Origin: Candidatus Eutrophovita brisbanensis
Lineage (GTDB): Bacteria > Pseudomonadota > Gammaproteobacteria > Burkholderiales > Eutrophovitaceae
Length of the DNA stretch: 64,000 nt
NCBI GenBank assembly: GCA_038147395.1
Contig: JAYQTM010000001.1
Span: 77,863 to 141,862, forward strand
Reading direction: 5' to 3'
Under the pieces are notes generated by a model. The model did no database searches and was not told the origin of the DNA. It saw nothing but the letters and a program-made list of their open reading frames with translations. Position numbers and translations under genes: made by a program. Positions 9,965 through 19,252 of the stretch are shown here, one piece after another (position 1 is the stretch's first letter; the number at the start of each line of letters is the position of its first letter).

Positions 9965-10213
9965 TTGGCTAAACTCGTACTCACAGGATCACTCAAATCA
10001 CTCGCGGGTGGAATCAGCGAGTTCGATATCCAATCAAAAAACATCAAGCAGCTCATAGAAGAACTTGAAACAACCTGTCCAGCGTTAGCGCCGTTAATCA
10101 AGTCAGAAGGATTCGCGGTCGCGATAGACAGCGAAATCTATCAAGACGTGCTGTTTGCCAAAATAGGTGAAGACAGCGAGGTTCACCTCATCCCTCCGAT
10201 CGGGGCAGGATAG
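9965..10213 (+). CDS. MoaD/ThiS-family beta-grasp (ubiquitin-like) small protein
   Basis: 82 aa with a TTG start, MoaD-like length and pattern, ending ...VHLIPPIGAG. The C-terminus is G-A-G rather than the canonical G-G. It starts 14 nt after the large-subunit stop. Confidence 0.55.
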   Translation: MAKLVLTGSLKSLAGGISEFDIQSKNIKQLIEELETTCPALAPLIKSEGFAVAIDSEIYQDVLFAKIGEDSEVHLIPPIGAG

Positions 10214-10248
10214 TCAGTTTTTTTACTCCAGCAGCGGAGTGTAAGTAA

Positions 10249-10992
10249 TTATCTAATGCTTCGTCCGCCGTCAACAGGGATCGCTAGCCCTGTCATAAAA
10301 GAAGCATCCTCACTCGCTAAAAAAGCGATGGTCGCGGCAACTTCCTCGGGCTGAGCAATGCGCCCCAGTGGATGTTTTTCAATCATCGCCTGCTCAATAA
10401 CTCGAGGGTCGGGAGCTTCTGCCATCATACCTCGTGCCATATCCGTATCAATCGTAGCTGGACAGATACAGTTCACTCGTATTTTTTCTTTAGCATGGTC
10501 TAGTGCTAAGGACATCGTCATGGATACAATCGCACCCTTTGTCGCTGCATATGCCACCAAGCGATGATTCCCTCGGATCCCATTGATTGAAGCAATATTC
10601 ACGATCGCGCCAGCACCTCGTTCTCTCATCAAGGGAATTGCTTTTTTACACCCAAGGAAACTTCCTCGTAAATTGATCGCCATCACCTCGTCCCACAGCT
10701 CTTGACTGGTCTCCTCTGCTGTACCAGTGGGCGAAATACCAGCACTGTTAATCAGCACATCCAAACCACCAAAGTTTTTTCTAGCAAAATCGACCGCGGC
10801 ATCCCAAGACGTCTCCTCCCTCACATCCAGGATAACTGAGCTAAACGACGATACAGCTTCTGCTTGCTCGTCACTGAGTATGCCAGACACAACGGTGCCA
10901 CCTTCCTCCGCAATACGTTTCGCACTCGCAAGTCCGATGCCGCTTCCTGAGCCAGTGATCAAAACAACCTTATTCTCAAAACGCCCGCGCAT
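10249..10992 (-). CDS. Short-chain dehydrogenase/reductase (classical SDR)
   Basis: 247 aa with ITGSGSGIGLA (TGxxxGIG), NSAG and YAATKGA (YxxxK) motifs. Confidence 0.85.
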   Translation of the reverse strand: MRGRFENKVVLITGSGSGIGLASAKRIAEEGGTVVSGILSDEQAEAVSSFSSVILDVREETSWDAAVDFARKNFGGLDVLINSAGISPTGTAEETSQELWDEVMAINLRGSFLGCKKAIPLMRERGAGAIVNIASINGIRGNHRLVAYAATKGAIVSMTMSLALDHAKEKIRVNCICPATIDTDMARGMMAEAPDPRVIEQAMIEKHPLGRIAQPEEVAATIAFLASEDASFMTGLAIPVDGGRSIR

Positions 10993-11034
10993 GTCTTCCC
11001 TTTCTTTTTGACATCACTTTTGATGAGTGACTAT

Positions 11035-12072
11035 TTACATGAAAAGTGTTTGCAATTTTTTCTCATTTGGGTCGCGAATAATACCTCTCTCGGTGATAAT
11101 CGCGGTCACGAGCTTCGCAGGCGTGACATCAAAAGCAGGGTTTCTCACAGAGATACCCTTGGGCGCCCATCGAAGATCGCCGTAACCCGTGACTTCATCT
11201 GCTGACCGCTCCTCAATCGGTATATCCACACCGGATGGCACAGTCATGTCAATCGTGGATAACGGACATGCGACATAAAAGGGTATATCGTGCTCTTTCG
11301 CCAACACAGCGACCATGTAGGTACCGATCTTATTCGCGACATCACCATTCGCAGCAACCCGATCCGTCCCAACAATTACTGCGTCAATCTCACCGCTTTT
11401 CATAAAGTGGCCTGCCATATTGTCCGTGATCAACGTCGTATCAATACCTTCCTCGCTAAGCTCCCAAGCAGTGAGTCTCGCGCCCTGTAGAAATGGTCTT
11501 GTCTCATCAGCAAAAACGCGAATATCCTTACCCTGAGCAATCGCCGATCGAATGACACCAAGCGCAGTTCCATGCCCAGCCGTCGCAAGCGCACCCGCAT
11601 TACAGTGAGTCAAAACTGTGTCGCCATCAGAGATCAGCGCGGCGCCATGATCTCCCAACGCTTGATTGATAGAGATATCTTCACGGTACAATGCGTGCGC
11701 TTCCTCCAATAATCCATCTGCAATTTCTACTTGGTCCAAGTCCGACAAGTTAGAAAAAGCTCGCCGCATCCTATCGAGTGCCCAAAATAAATTTACGGCC
11801 GTTGGTCGACTTGCGGCTAACGTCTCTAAAGCCACTTTAAGTTTCCGAGTAAATTCGTCACGTGGTACGGATCGAAGCTTGGCGGCCTCTAAAGCCACGC
11901 CATACGCTGCGGCAACGCCGATTGCGGGCGCACCGCGGACGACCATCGTTTTAATACCCTCAGCCACCGATGCTGCATCCGCATACGACAGGTACTCAAA
12001 TACTGATGGCAGCCTCCTTTGGTCGATCATCTCTAGCCGACCCTCTCGCCACCGCAACGTTTGTACCTTCAT
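11035..12072 (-). CDS. mtnA: S-methyl-5-thioribose-1-phosphate isomerase (MtnA)
   Basis: eIF-2B alpha/beta/delta-like fold with RGAPAIGVAAAYG, TRPTAVNLFWA, THCNAG and GTDRVAANGD motifs. The ATG at 12072 is preferred over the TTG at 12102, which overlaps the apt stop. Confidence 0.9.
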   Translation of the reverse strand: MKVQTLRWREGRLEMIDQRRLPSVFEYLSYADAASVAEGIKTMVVRGAPAIGVAAAYGVALEAAKLRSVPRDEFTRKLKVALETLAASRPTAVNLFWALDRMRRAFSNLSDLDQVEIADGLLEEAHALYREDISINQALGDHGAALISDGDTVLTHCNAGALATAGHGTALGVIRSAIAQGKDIRVFADETRPFLQGARLTAWELSEEGIDTTLITDNMAGHFMKSGEIDAVIVGTDRVAANGDVANKIGTYMVAVLAKEHDIPFYVACPLSTIDMTVPSGVDIPIEERSADEVTGYGDLRWAPKGISVRNPAFDVTPAKLVTAIITERGIIRDPNEKKLQTLFM

Positions 12073-12088
12073 AGGATAAATCCCGCTT

Positions 12089-12616
12089 TTACTCACCCTC
12101 AAATTGCACCATTGAGTGCACCCGTTTGCCTAACCCCTCCAACTTTCGACTACCCCCAAGCTCGGGAAGATCAATGACAAAACAACACTCAACGACCTGA
12201 CCACCCACGCCCTCAATCAATTTAACTGCTGCCTCAGCAGTCCCTCCAGTTGCAATTAAATCATCAACCAAAAGTACCTTTGATCCCTCAGATACAGCAT
12301 CAGCGTGTATTTCAATTTCGTCTACACCATATTCGAGTTCATACGTTTGCGAAACCGTTTTTGCAGGCAACTTGCCCTTTTTTCTGACTGGCAAAAATCC
12401 CACGCCCAGAGATGCCGCTAATGGTGCTCCGACTATAAAACCCCGCGCCTCAATTCCAGCCACACAGTCAATCGAAAGCTCTTTATATCGTTGGGTCAAC
12501 GTATCAATCATCGTCTTAAATCCTGCCGGGTGACCGAGAAGCGTCGTAATGTCTCGAAACATGATTCCCGGCTTCGGATAATCGGGAATCGTTCGAATCA
12601 GTTCAGTTAGGTTCAT
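12089..12616 (-). CDS. apt: Adenine phosphoribosyltransferase
   Basis: 175 aa with [15 protein letters not shown] and the PRPP loop [13 protein letters not shown]. Confidence 0.95.
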   Translation of the reverse strand: MNLTELIRTIPDYPKPGIMFRDITTLLGHPAGFKTMIDTLTQRYKELSIDCVAGIEARGFIVGAPLAASLGVGFLPVRKKGKLPAKTVSQTYELEYGVDEIEIHADAVSEGSKVLLVDDLIATGGTAEAAVKLIEGVGGQVVECCFVIDLPELGGSRKLEGLGKRVHSMVQFEGE

Positions 12617-12652
12617 AAGCCACTTTCTTATCTATGTTCCTCATCACCAAGG

Positions 12653-13534
12653 TCACGTATTTAAAACACGACCCGCCACAGCATCTAGCTTTTTAATCAT
12701 TTCAGGATCACGGGCATCTGCACTCGTAATTAGCGCATACTCAAGAGCACTTTTGCACTCACAGGACGCTCCGCTCGCATCATGGTGTATCGCCGGCGCA
12801 AGCTCGCTGACCAAAGTTTTTGCTTTTTGTGCATTACCGACAAGTACTTTAATCACCTGCTCGACAGTGACGTGACCATGATCAGGGTGCCAACAATCAA
12901 AATCCGTCACCATTGCAACGCTTGCGTAGCAAATTTCCGCTTCTCGAGCCAGCTTCGCTTCAGGCATATTTGTCATACCAATGACGTCGCAACCCCACTG
13001 CCTGTACAAGTTGGATTCTGCAAGCGTCGAAAACTGTGGTCCTTCCATTACAAGATAAGTCCCCCCTTTTGAATGCGCGATATTTGACGACTTAAGTGCA
13101 TGCTCAACTAAATTTCCCAGTCTGGAACATACGGGGTGAGCTACCGACACGTGGGCCACCAATCCTTCACCGAAAAACGATTTCTCCCGCGCAAATGTTC
13201 GATCAATAAACTGATCAACGATCACGAACATTCCAGGCTCTAAATCCTCTCTTAACGATCCAACTGCACTTACAGAAATTAAATCCGTCACCCCCAAACG
13301 CTTCATCCCATCAATGTTTGCTCGAAAGTTCACATGGCTCGGAGATATCTTATGTCCTCGTCCATGTCTTGGGAGAAACACTATTTTCTGACCTTTAAAC
13401 TCACCCACCAAAAATTGATCAGACGGTTCCCCAAATGGACTGGCCACATCTGTCCATGCCATATTTTCTAATCCATCAATGTCGTAAACCCCACTGCCTC
13501 CAATAATTCCTACGACAGGTTTTTCACTCATCAC
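12653..13534 (-). CDS. mtnP: S-methyl-5'-thioadenosine phosphorylase (MTAP/MtnP)
   Basis: 293 aa, PNP/MTAP family, with GIIGGSG, FLPRHGRGH and MTNMPEAKLAREAE motifs. Confidence 0.9.
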   Translation of the reverse strand: MMSEKPVVGIIGGSGVYDIDGLENMAWTDVASPFGEPSDQFLVGEFKGQKIVFLPRHGRGHKISPSHVNFRANIDGMKRLGVTDLISVSAVGSLREDLEPGMFVIVDQFIDRTFAREKSFFGEGLVAHVSVAHPVCSRLGNLVEHALKSSNIAHSKGGTYLVMEGPQFSTLAESNLYRQWGCDVIGMTNMPEAKLAREAEICYASVAMVTDFDCWHPDHGHVTVEQVIKVLVGNAQKAKTLVSELAPAIHHDASGASCECKSALEYALITSADARDPEMIKKLDAVAGRVLNT

Positions 13535-13575
13535 TCACTCCTCGAATTACTCTCACTTCGGCGTCCCTCCATTTA

Positions 13576-14364
13576 TCAATTGATGCGGTCACCCTTATTG
13601 ACAGTCGTCAAAATGACGCCAAACAGGATCATCGGTACACACAACCATTGTCCCATGGTAAGCCCTAAACCAATAAAACCCATATGCGCATCTGGTTCCC
13701 GAAAAAATTCAACAATAAATCTTGATAATGCATAGCCAGCTAAGAATAATCCGGAGACCTTGCCAATTAGTCGTTGCTTTTGCGAATACAACCACAGAAC
13801 GATAAATAGAAGGACGCCCTCTAATAAACATTCATACAGCTGCGACGGATGACGCGGGACAATAACACCCGACTGAGGAAATACCATACCCCACGGAACA
13901 TCAGTTGACCGCCCCCAGAGCTCTCCATTGATAAAATTCCCAAGCCTCCCAGCAGCCAATCCTAAGGGAACCAAAGGCGCGATGAAGTCCGTTAGAGATA
14001 ACCAGTTTTTTTGTCGTTTTCTAGCGTATACAAATACTGCAGAACACACACCAATGAGTCCACCGTGAAATGACATCCCACCATGCCAAACGTAGAGGAC
14101 AGATAATGGGTCTGTAAGAACCGACGCAAAATCGTAAAAAACGACGTAACCCACCCGTCCTCCAATGATGACTCCCAGGACAATGTAAAAAACCAAATCA
14201 TCGAATTCCCTCAGGCTCACAGGACTTGTCGAAGCAGATTTAATGCGTTGCCGCCCAAGAAGAATTCCCGCGGCAAAACCCACGAGGTACATCAAGCCAT
14301 ACCAACGAACAGCAAGCGGTCCGATTTGTAATGCGACAGGGTCAAATTCTGGGTGATACAACAT
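13576..14364 (-). CDS. lgt: Phosphatidylglycerol-prolipoprotein diacylglyceryl transferase
   Basis: 262 aa membrane protein with [20 protein letters not shown] and [14 protein letters not shown] signatures. Confidence 0.95.
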   Translation of the reverse strand: MLYHPEFDPVALQIGPLAVRWYGLMYLVGFAAGILLGRQRIKSASTSPVSLREFDDLVFYIVLGVIIGGRVGYVVFYDFASVLTDPLSVLYVWHGGMSFHGGLIGVCSAVFVYARKRQKNWLSLTDFIAPLVPLGLAAGRLGNFINGELWGRSTDVPWGMVFPQSGVIVPRHPSQLYECLLEGVLLFIVLWLYSQKQRLIGKVSGLFLAGYALSRFIVEFFREPDAHMGFIGLGLTMGQWLCVPMILFGVILTTVNKGDRIN

Positions 14365-14377
14365 GACTCAATTCTCA

Positions 14378-15064
14378 CTATTCTGGGATGCGCGCTTGCA
14401 ACATTCTGCCACGAATGATGGCCATCTTGCGCATCGAATAGTCGGTGTCACCCCGCTGTGCATAAAGCCTCGGCGACGGGATGTACGCAGCTAACTTAGC
14501 AGCCTGCGTCTCTGTGAGTGATGCCGCCGTCAGCCCGAAATAATGTCGCGCAGCAGACGAAGCGCCGTAGATACCCGTACCCCATTCAATCACATTTAAA
14601 TAAATTTCTAAAATTCTTCGCTTTGATAAAGTTGACTCGAGCATCAGCGCGACGATGACCTCTTGAATCTTCCTTAAAAAAGAACGCTTTGGTGATAGGT
14701 AGAGATTCTTCGCAAGCTGCTGGGTAATTGTCGACCCCCCAGATACTGTTTTTCCTTTGCGTAAATTTGTGGTGGCCGCGTTCTTGATCGCCTGCCAATC
14801 AAACCCATGATGACTCAGAAACCTCGCATCCTCAGATGCAACAACCGCACGTTTCAGGTGTATTGAAATTTGATCATAGTTCACCCATCGATAAACGGGT
14901 TGCCCTTTTTGTTCATCAACGTAAGCTTGCATGAAGGCTGTTCGTTCGGGAGGCGAGTGACGCAATGCATAAATTCGCCACATAAAACTTGCCTCGTAAC
15001 TAATCACAATGATTAGCGCAAGCAAACATGCTCGCAATAACCACCTTTTGAGGCCGACAATCAC
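14378..15064 (-). CDS. mtgA: Monofunctional biosynthetic peptidoglycan transglycosylase
   Basis: GT51 motifs ASEDARFLSHHGFD, GGSTITQQLAKN and RILEIYLN. I place the start at the GTG at 15064, which overlaps the aroE TGA (GTGA) and has an AGGA just upstream. The longest ORF reaches 15118. Confidence 0.85.
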   Translation of the reverse strand: MIVGLKRWLLRACLLALIIVISYEASFMWRIYALRHSPPERTAFMQAYVDEQKGQPVYRWVNYDQISIHLKRAVVASEDARFLSHHGFDWQAIKNAATTNLRKGKTVSGGSTITQQLAKNLYLSPKRSFLRKIQEVIVALMLESTLSKRRILEIYLNVIEWGTGIYGASSAARHYFGLTAASLTETQAAKLAAYIPSPRLYAQRGDTDYSMRKMAIIRGRMLQARIPE

Positions 15065-15897
15065 TTTCCTCGAAGTACCTCGATCACACCCTTCGCGTCT
15101 GGCCTCTTGCCTCGCCAAAGGTAAAATGACTCCGCAGCCTGCTCAACAAGCATACCCAGACCGTCTGATACCCGAGCGGCATTCGCCATCTCCGCCCAAC
15201 GAGTGAAGGAAGTCTCTTGCTTTCCGTACATCATGTCATACGCTAACGCACCATTAGCGAGAGCTTTTGTACTCACCGGAAACGCATGATCCGTCAGGCT
15301 ACTCGACGTTGCGTTAACGACAAGGTCAAAGGAGGCTTCCCCGACAGCGTCTAGCCCGCCTGAGTCTAGCCGGACCGAATGATTCTTAGCCTGTTGAGCC
15401 AAAGCTTTAACCAACTCGTTGGCTTTGGCCGCCGTCCTGTTAATGACCACGATCTCTCGAGGTCGCTCTTGAACAATAGGCAAAAGTACACCTCTTGTTG
15501 CACCACCGCTGCCGACAATGAGCACAGATTTCCCTGTCACAGAAAAACCAAGATTGCGTGTGATGTCATTTACTAACCCTACGCCATCGGTGTTATCTGC
15601 AAAAATTTGTCCGTCTCGAAACGTCAATGTGTTTACTGCTCGTGCGGACTGTGCGCGTTGTGAGTGCGTTGTGGCAAACTCAAACGCATCAACCTTAAAT
15701 GGCACAGTAACGTTAGCACCTAGGCCACCCGCATCAATAAATTTCATCACACTTTTTTTAAACTCTCCGAGGGGAACGAATAATTTCTCATATCGAATCG
15801 GGTCATTTGTTTGCTCAGCAAAGAGAGCATGTATTCTCGGTGATTGACTGTGCTCAACAGGATTTCCGAAGACAACGTAATGATCAAGCTCGCTCAT
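15061..15897 (-). CDS. aroE: Shikimate dehydrogenase
   Basis: 278 aa with GNPVEHSQSPRIH, NVTVPFK, NTDGVG and GSGGA motifs. Confidence 0.95.
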   Translation of the reverse strand: MSELDHYVVFGNPVEHSQSPRIHALFAEQTNDPIRYEKLFVPLGEFKKSVMKFIDAGGLGANVTVPFKVDAFEFATTHSQRAQSARAVNTLTFRDGQIFADNTDGVGLVNDITRNLGFSVTGKSVLIVGSGGATRGVLLPIVQERPREIVVINRTAAKANELVKALAQQAKNHSVRLDSGGLDAVGEASFDLVVNATSSSLTDHAFPVSTKALANGALAYDMMYGKQETSFTRWAEMANAARVSDGLGMLVEQAAESFYLWRGKRPDAKGVIEVLRGK

Positions 15898-16797
15898 TTA
15901 TTGAGCCCTCGTGACAACAAATTCATTTTTTTGAAACGACCAACGACGTGTGATGGACAAGATATCGTAACGTTTGCGAAGTTCGGGATCAAATGGTCGG
16001 AAGGGAGCTGCTGCAGACACAATTTCTCGAGCAACTCGATCAAGTAGACGAGAGCCAGACGGCACATCAATGAGAACTCGTTCCACTGATCCATCAGAGT
16101 TAATTGACACCGTCACAACCATGACACCCTCTTCACTATCAACACTCACGTTTCTTGAGTAAAGCTTGGTACCGATGTCCTCGATCCGTTGTTTCCACTC
16201 GTCGACGTAAGCCGCGAACTCAACAGCTCTCGTATTCGCTCCTATAAATTCGCGATTAGGGCGCTTTTGATAACGTTGCCATTCTTTTTCTATTCTTGCT
16301 TCGAGACGATTACGCGTCTCCTCACTCAAGCTATCCGCTTCCATGTACTTTGAGTTCGTCCCGGATTGCTTGATCGGATCGTCAATGCGGTCTAGGTCGC
16401 GCAAGTCGCTTGTTGTCATCTCTATTGCAAGTAGCTTTTTAACTGTATTTTCAAGCTCAATCACACGCTCACTGGCAGCAGAAACTTGAGATTGGGTTGT
16501 CGAGAATTGACTGATTGGCACATTGACCGTCGCAACAACGTCTCTGTCGGTATTTCCACCACCTTGTAAATTATGTTGTGCTAGCAAATCAGACACTGGA
16601 AGCGTTCGCCTCGATTGCGCATTAACAATGACTACCTCAAGGTCAGCTCGATTCACTCGCGTCGATGGGTTATTCGAAAAATATAAGGAAATAATGTACA
16701 CATGCGCACAAAGGGATAACCCCAAACAAATAAGAAATGCATTGCTCGGTCTCCGCCGGTATTGCGCACGCCGCTGCGAATAAGCTAGTTGACGCAT
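15898..16797 (-). CDS. Membrane-anchored protein with a TonB-C-terminal-like domain
   Basis: 299 aa with an N-terminal TM anchor, a central charged coiled region and a C-terminal GVMVVTVSINSDGSV...SSGSRLLDRVA... domain resembling the TonB C-terminal fold. No Pro-rich spacer is present. Its stop abuts the aroE start (TAAATG). Confidence 0.5.
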   Translation of the reverse strand: MRQLAYSQRRAQYRRRPSNAFLICLGLSLCAHVYIISLYFSNNPSTRVNRADLEVVIVNAQSRRTLPVSDLLAQHNLQGGGNTDRDVVATVNVPISQFSTTQSQVSAASERVIELENTVKKLLAIEMTTSDLRDLDRIDDPIKQSGTNSKYMEADSLSEETRNRLEARIEKEWQRYQKRPNREFIGANTRAVEFAAYVDEWKQRIEDIGTKLYSRNVSVDSEEGVMVVTVSINSDGSVERVLIDVPSGSRLLDRVAREIVSAAAPFRPFDPELRKRYDILSITRRWSFQKNEFVVTRAQ

Positions 16798-16822
16798 GAG
16801 CCTCGATACTCAATCTGTTGCA

Positions 16823-18649
16823 TCAAACCAACTCACATATCGCGTCGTTGTCGTATAAATTGATATCCGTCATTTTGACGCGCACGAGTTCGGACGCTTC
16901 TTTGCTCGTCGCTCCAATCAACTTGCATGTGAGGGGAATATCATCTAGCTGTATGACGCCATCTCTCAAACAGTGAGCCTCGAATTCACCCTCCGGCATT
17001 TGCTGTAACCACTTAAGGCACCAAAACCTCTCCATAGTGCGCTGAAACTCAGCGTATCCCGAGTATTTATTTTCGAATTCATGCAAGATTGCAGGCAGCC
17101 GCTCATCTCCTTGTGAATAAGGCGGCTCTGCTCCTTCAATCAATGCGATTAATTGGCGCTGATTGAGTAGATCAACGTAGCGGCGTAAAGGGCTAGAAAA
17201 CCAGCCATACACTTCCACACCCATTGCACTATGCGGTAGAGGCTCTAATGATAGTCCTGACTGAGTCTTAGTCTTCACCCGATATAGGGCTGCACAAGAA
17301 GCTGACTTTAATTGTTTTGCCCAGTGGGTATTCGCAAAAATCATCAGTTCGGAAACAATCACATCAATCGCCGAACCTCTTTTTCGCTGCTTGATTGTGA
17401 CGGAATCGCCAAAGACTCGAAATGAAAACTCCCGGCGATGATGATGAGACTCTTTTTCTCCCCTCGCGATCCTGAGTTTATTTGCAATTCGATACAAGGT
17501 ATGAAGATCCAATCCTCCGGCGACCGAGTCCGCTAATTTGACGCAAGAGTCACTGTCGAAATGTTCCTCTAGTTCCTCTGTGTTGAGATTTTGTCGCACC
17601 GTCAATAACTCTAATTTCGTCGTGCATCGAATCACCGTAAATTCAGAATCTAATTCGACATAAAGCGACACAACTGGAGACTGCTTTCCCGATTTGAGCG
17701 TGCATTCATCGACCACTTTTTGCGGGGACATCATCATTTTTCCAGCAGGATGGTAAACCGTCGACATTCTTCGGCGCAGTTCCTTATCCAAGGTTGATTC
17801 CGCCTCGATTAAAAGCGATGGCGCTGAAATATGTATGCCCAACTGCCAGCCGCCATCAGACAATGGAAGCAAAGACAATGCATCATCGATTTCCGTTGTC
17901 GCCGCATCATCAATGCTGTACGCGTCGATATGCGCTGGACTCAAACCATCCGTTGTTTTGACGCTGAAATCACGAGGCTCTCCTGGTGCACATTGAGCGT
18001 GCTCAAATAAAAATCGGCCCATATGAAAATCATATGGATCAGGCATCACGCCTAAGCTAATGAGTAAGCTTCGTCGATCAAGTTTCTTTCGGGCGCAAAC
18101 TTCGTCTAGAGCTTTTTCCTCGATTGCGTTTTTCTCCCGCTTGTAAAGAAATCTTGGTATCAATTGACTTAACTCTTTTGGAAATTCATTCTTCTCGAGC
18201 CTTGCAATGTAATCAGTCAGCTGTAGCTCTCGTTGCCTCTTAATTTCTAAAGAGGCTTTGGCCGAGGCCAAAGCATCAGGCGTTGCTGGTTTAAATAATC
18301 CCTTACCTTTTTTATAAAAATGCGTTGGGTTATCAAACAAAACCTTCAGCACACCAGCGGTATCTTCCTTAGTCGAAGTTGTACCAAAATAGATTCGAGT
18401 GACGTCCTCAAAATTTCGCTCAATTGAATCGAACGCCTCCCACAACAAATCTGCATCAATTGATGATGCGACGTCATCTACTTTCTGCACAAAAGTATCA
18501 ATGTCTTGATGGTCGAACTCAATAAAGACATGGTTCGATTTTATTTTGACTTGTTTACCAAACTGACTCTGTACCTGAAGGGACGAGCCCGTATCTTTGA
18601 TGATGCGCCCGGCTTTCAGGCTGCCTGACTCTAAGTAAAAGACGTTCAC
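16823..18649 (-). CDS. RNB-domain exoribonuclease (RNase II family)
   Basis: 608 aa with a GTG start and the IDDAATTEIDDALS catalytic aspartate cluster. The remainder is RNB-like (HSAMGVEVYGWFSSPLRRYVDLLNQRQL). Confidence 0.8.
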   Translation of the reverse strand: MNVFYLESGSLKAGRIIKDTGSSLQVQSQFGKQVKIKSNHVFIEFDHQDIDTFVQKVDDVASSIDADLLWEAFDSIERNFEDVTRIYFGTTSTKEDTAGVLKVLFDNPTHFYKKGKGLFKPATPDALASAKASLEIKRQRELQLTDYIARLEKNEFPKELSQLIPRFLYKREKNAIEEKALDEVCARKKLDRRSLLISLGVMPDPYDFHMGRFLFEHAQCAPGEPRDFSVKTTDGLSPAHIDAYSIDDAATTEIDDALSLLPLSDGGWQLGIHISAPSLLIEAESTLDKELRRRMSTVYHPAGKMMMSPQKVVDECTLKSGKQSPVVSLYVELDSEFTVIRCTTKLELLTVRQNLNTEELEEHFDSDSCVKLADSVAGGLDLHTLYRIANKLRIARGEKESHHHRREFSFRVFGDSVTIKQRKRGSAIDVIVSELMIFANTHWAKQLKSASCAALYRVKTKTQSGLSLEPLPHSAMGVEVYGWFSSPLRRYVDLLNQRQLIALIEGAEPPYSQGDERLPAILHEFENKYSGYAEFQRTMERFWCLKWLQQMPEGEFEAHCLRDGVIQLDDIPLTCKLIGATSKEASELVRVKMTDINLYDNDAICELV

Positions 18650-18676
18650 AGCGTGCTCTTCCCAGTCACGTATGCG

Positions 18677-19252
18677 TTAGAGACTTGGATCGACGACATA
18701 CGCCATAACAAGATCGACATACTTTCCAAAATCACCAAATCCATGATCACTGCCCTGGATAATTAATTGACGCGCACCATCGTATCGCTTGACTGCAACT
18801 TTCCAATCTAATAATTCATCGCCTGTCGTGTGTATCAGGAATATTCGATCTAAACGGCTTAACCTATCAACGTAAAGTGCTTTTAATTGGCTCAAGTGAT
18901 CAACGGTAAACTCATACTCCTCCTTCGTGTACAGATTGGTCTGTTTCCCTACATACGCAGATAAACCCTCGTGAGGGGTGATCGCCGGATTAATCAACAC
19001 GCAGCGATGCCCCAGTCGCTCAGTCAAATATGTCGCGTAATATCCACCAAGCGAACTCCCGATTAAAGTCACCTCATCGTGCTGAGATATTTCTCGTTCG
19101 AGACACGCAACTGCCTCGTTAGGCCAGTGCGGCAGATCAGGACACCAAAACTGTAATTCTTTGTCGTGATCCTGAATCGCTGACTGAATCACGCCCGCCT
19201 TATATGACGATGCGGAACTATTAAACCCATGAATGTAGACGATAAGACTCAT
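18677..19252 (-). CDS. YqiA/YcfP-family alpha/beta hydrolase (esterase)
   Basis: 191 aa. The N-terminus LIVYIHGFNSS and nucleophile elbow GSSLGG resemble E. coli YqiA. Confidence 0.8.
   Translation of the reverse strand: MSLIVYIHGFNSSASSYKAGVIQSAIQDHDKELQFWCPDLPHWPNEAVACLEREISQHDEVTLIGSSLGGYYATYLTERLGHRCVLINPAITPHEGLSAYVGKQTNLYTKEEYEFTVDHLSQLKALYVDRLSRLDRIFLIHTTGDELLDWKVAVKRYDGARQLIIQGSDHGFGDFGKYVDLVMAYVVDPSL

Noticed and set aside
10214-10248. The hairpin ACTCC-agcagc-GGAGT between the convergent MoaD-like and SDR genes could be a bidirectional terminator.
   Set aside because: It has only a 5-bp stem. The T-run precedes rather than follows the hairpin on the plus strand, and on the minus strand the hairpin is followed by A residues. 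It is too weak to call.
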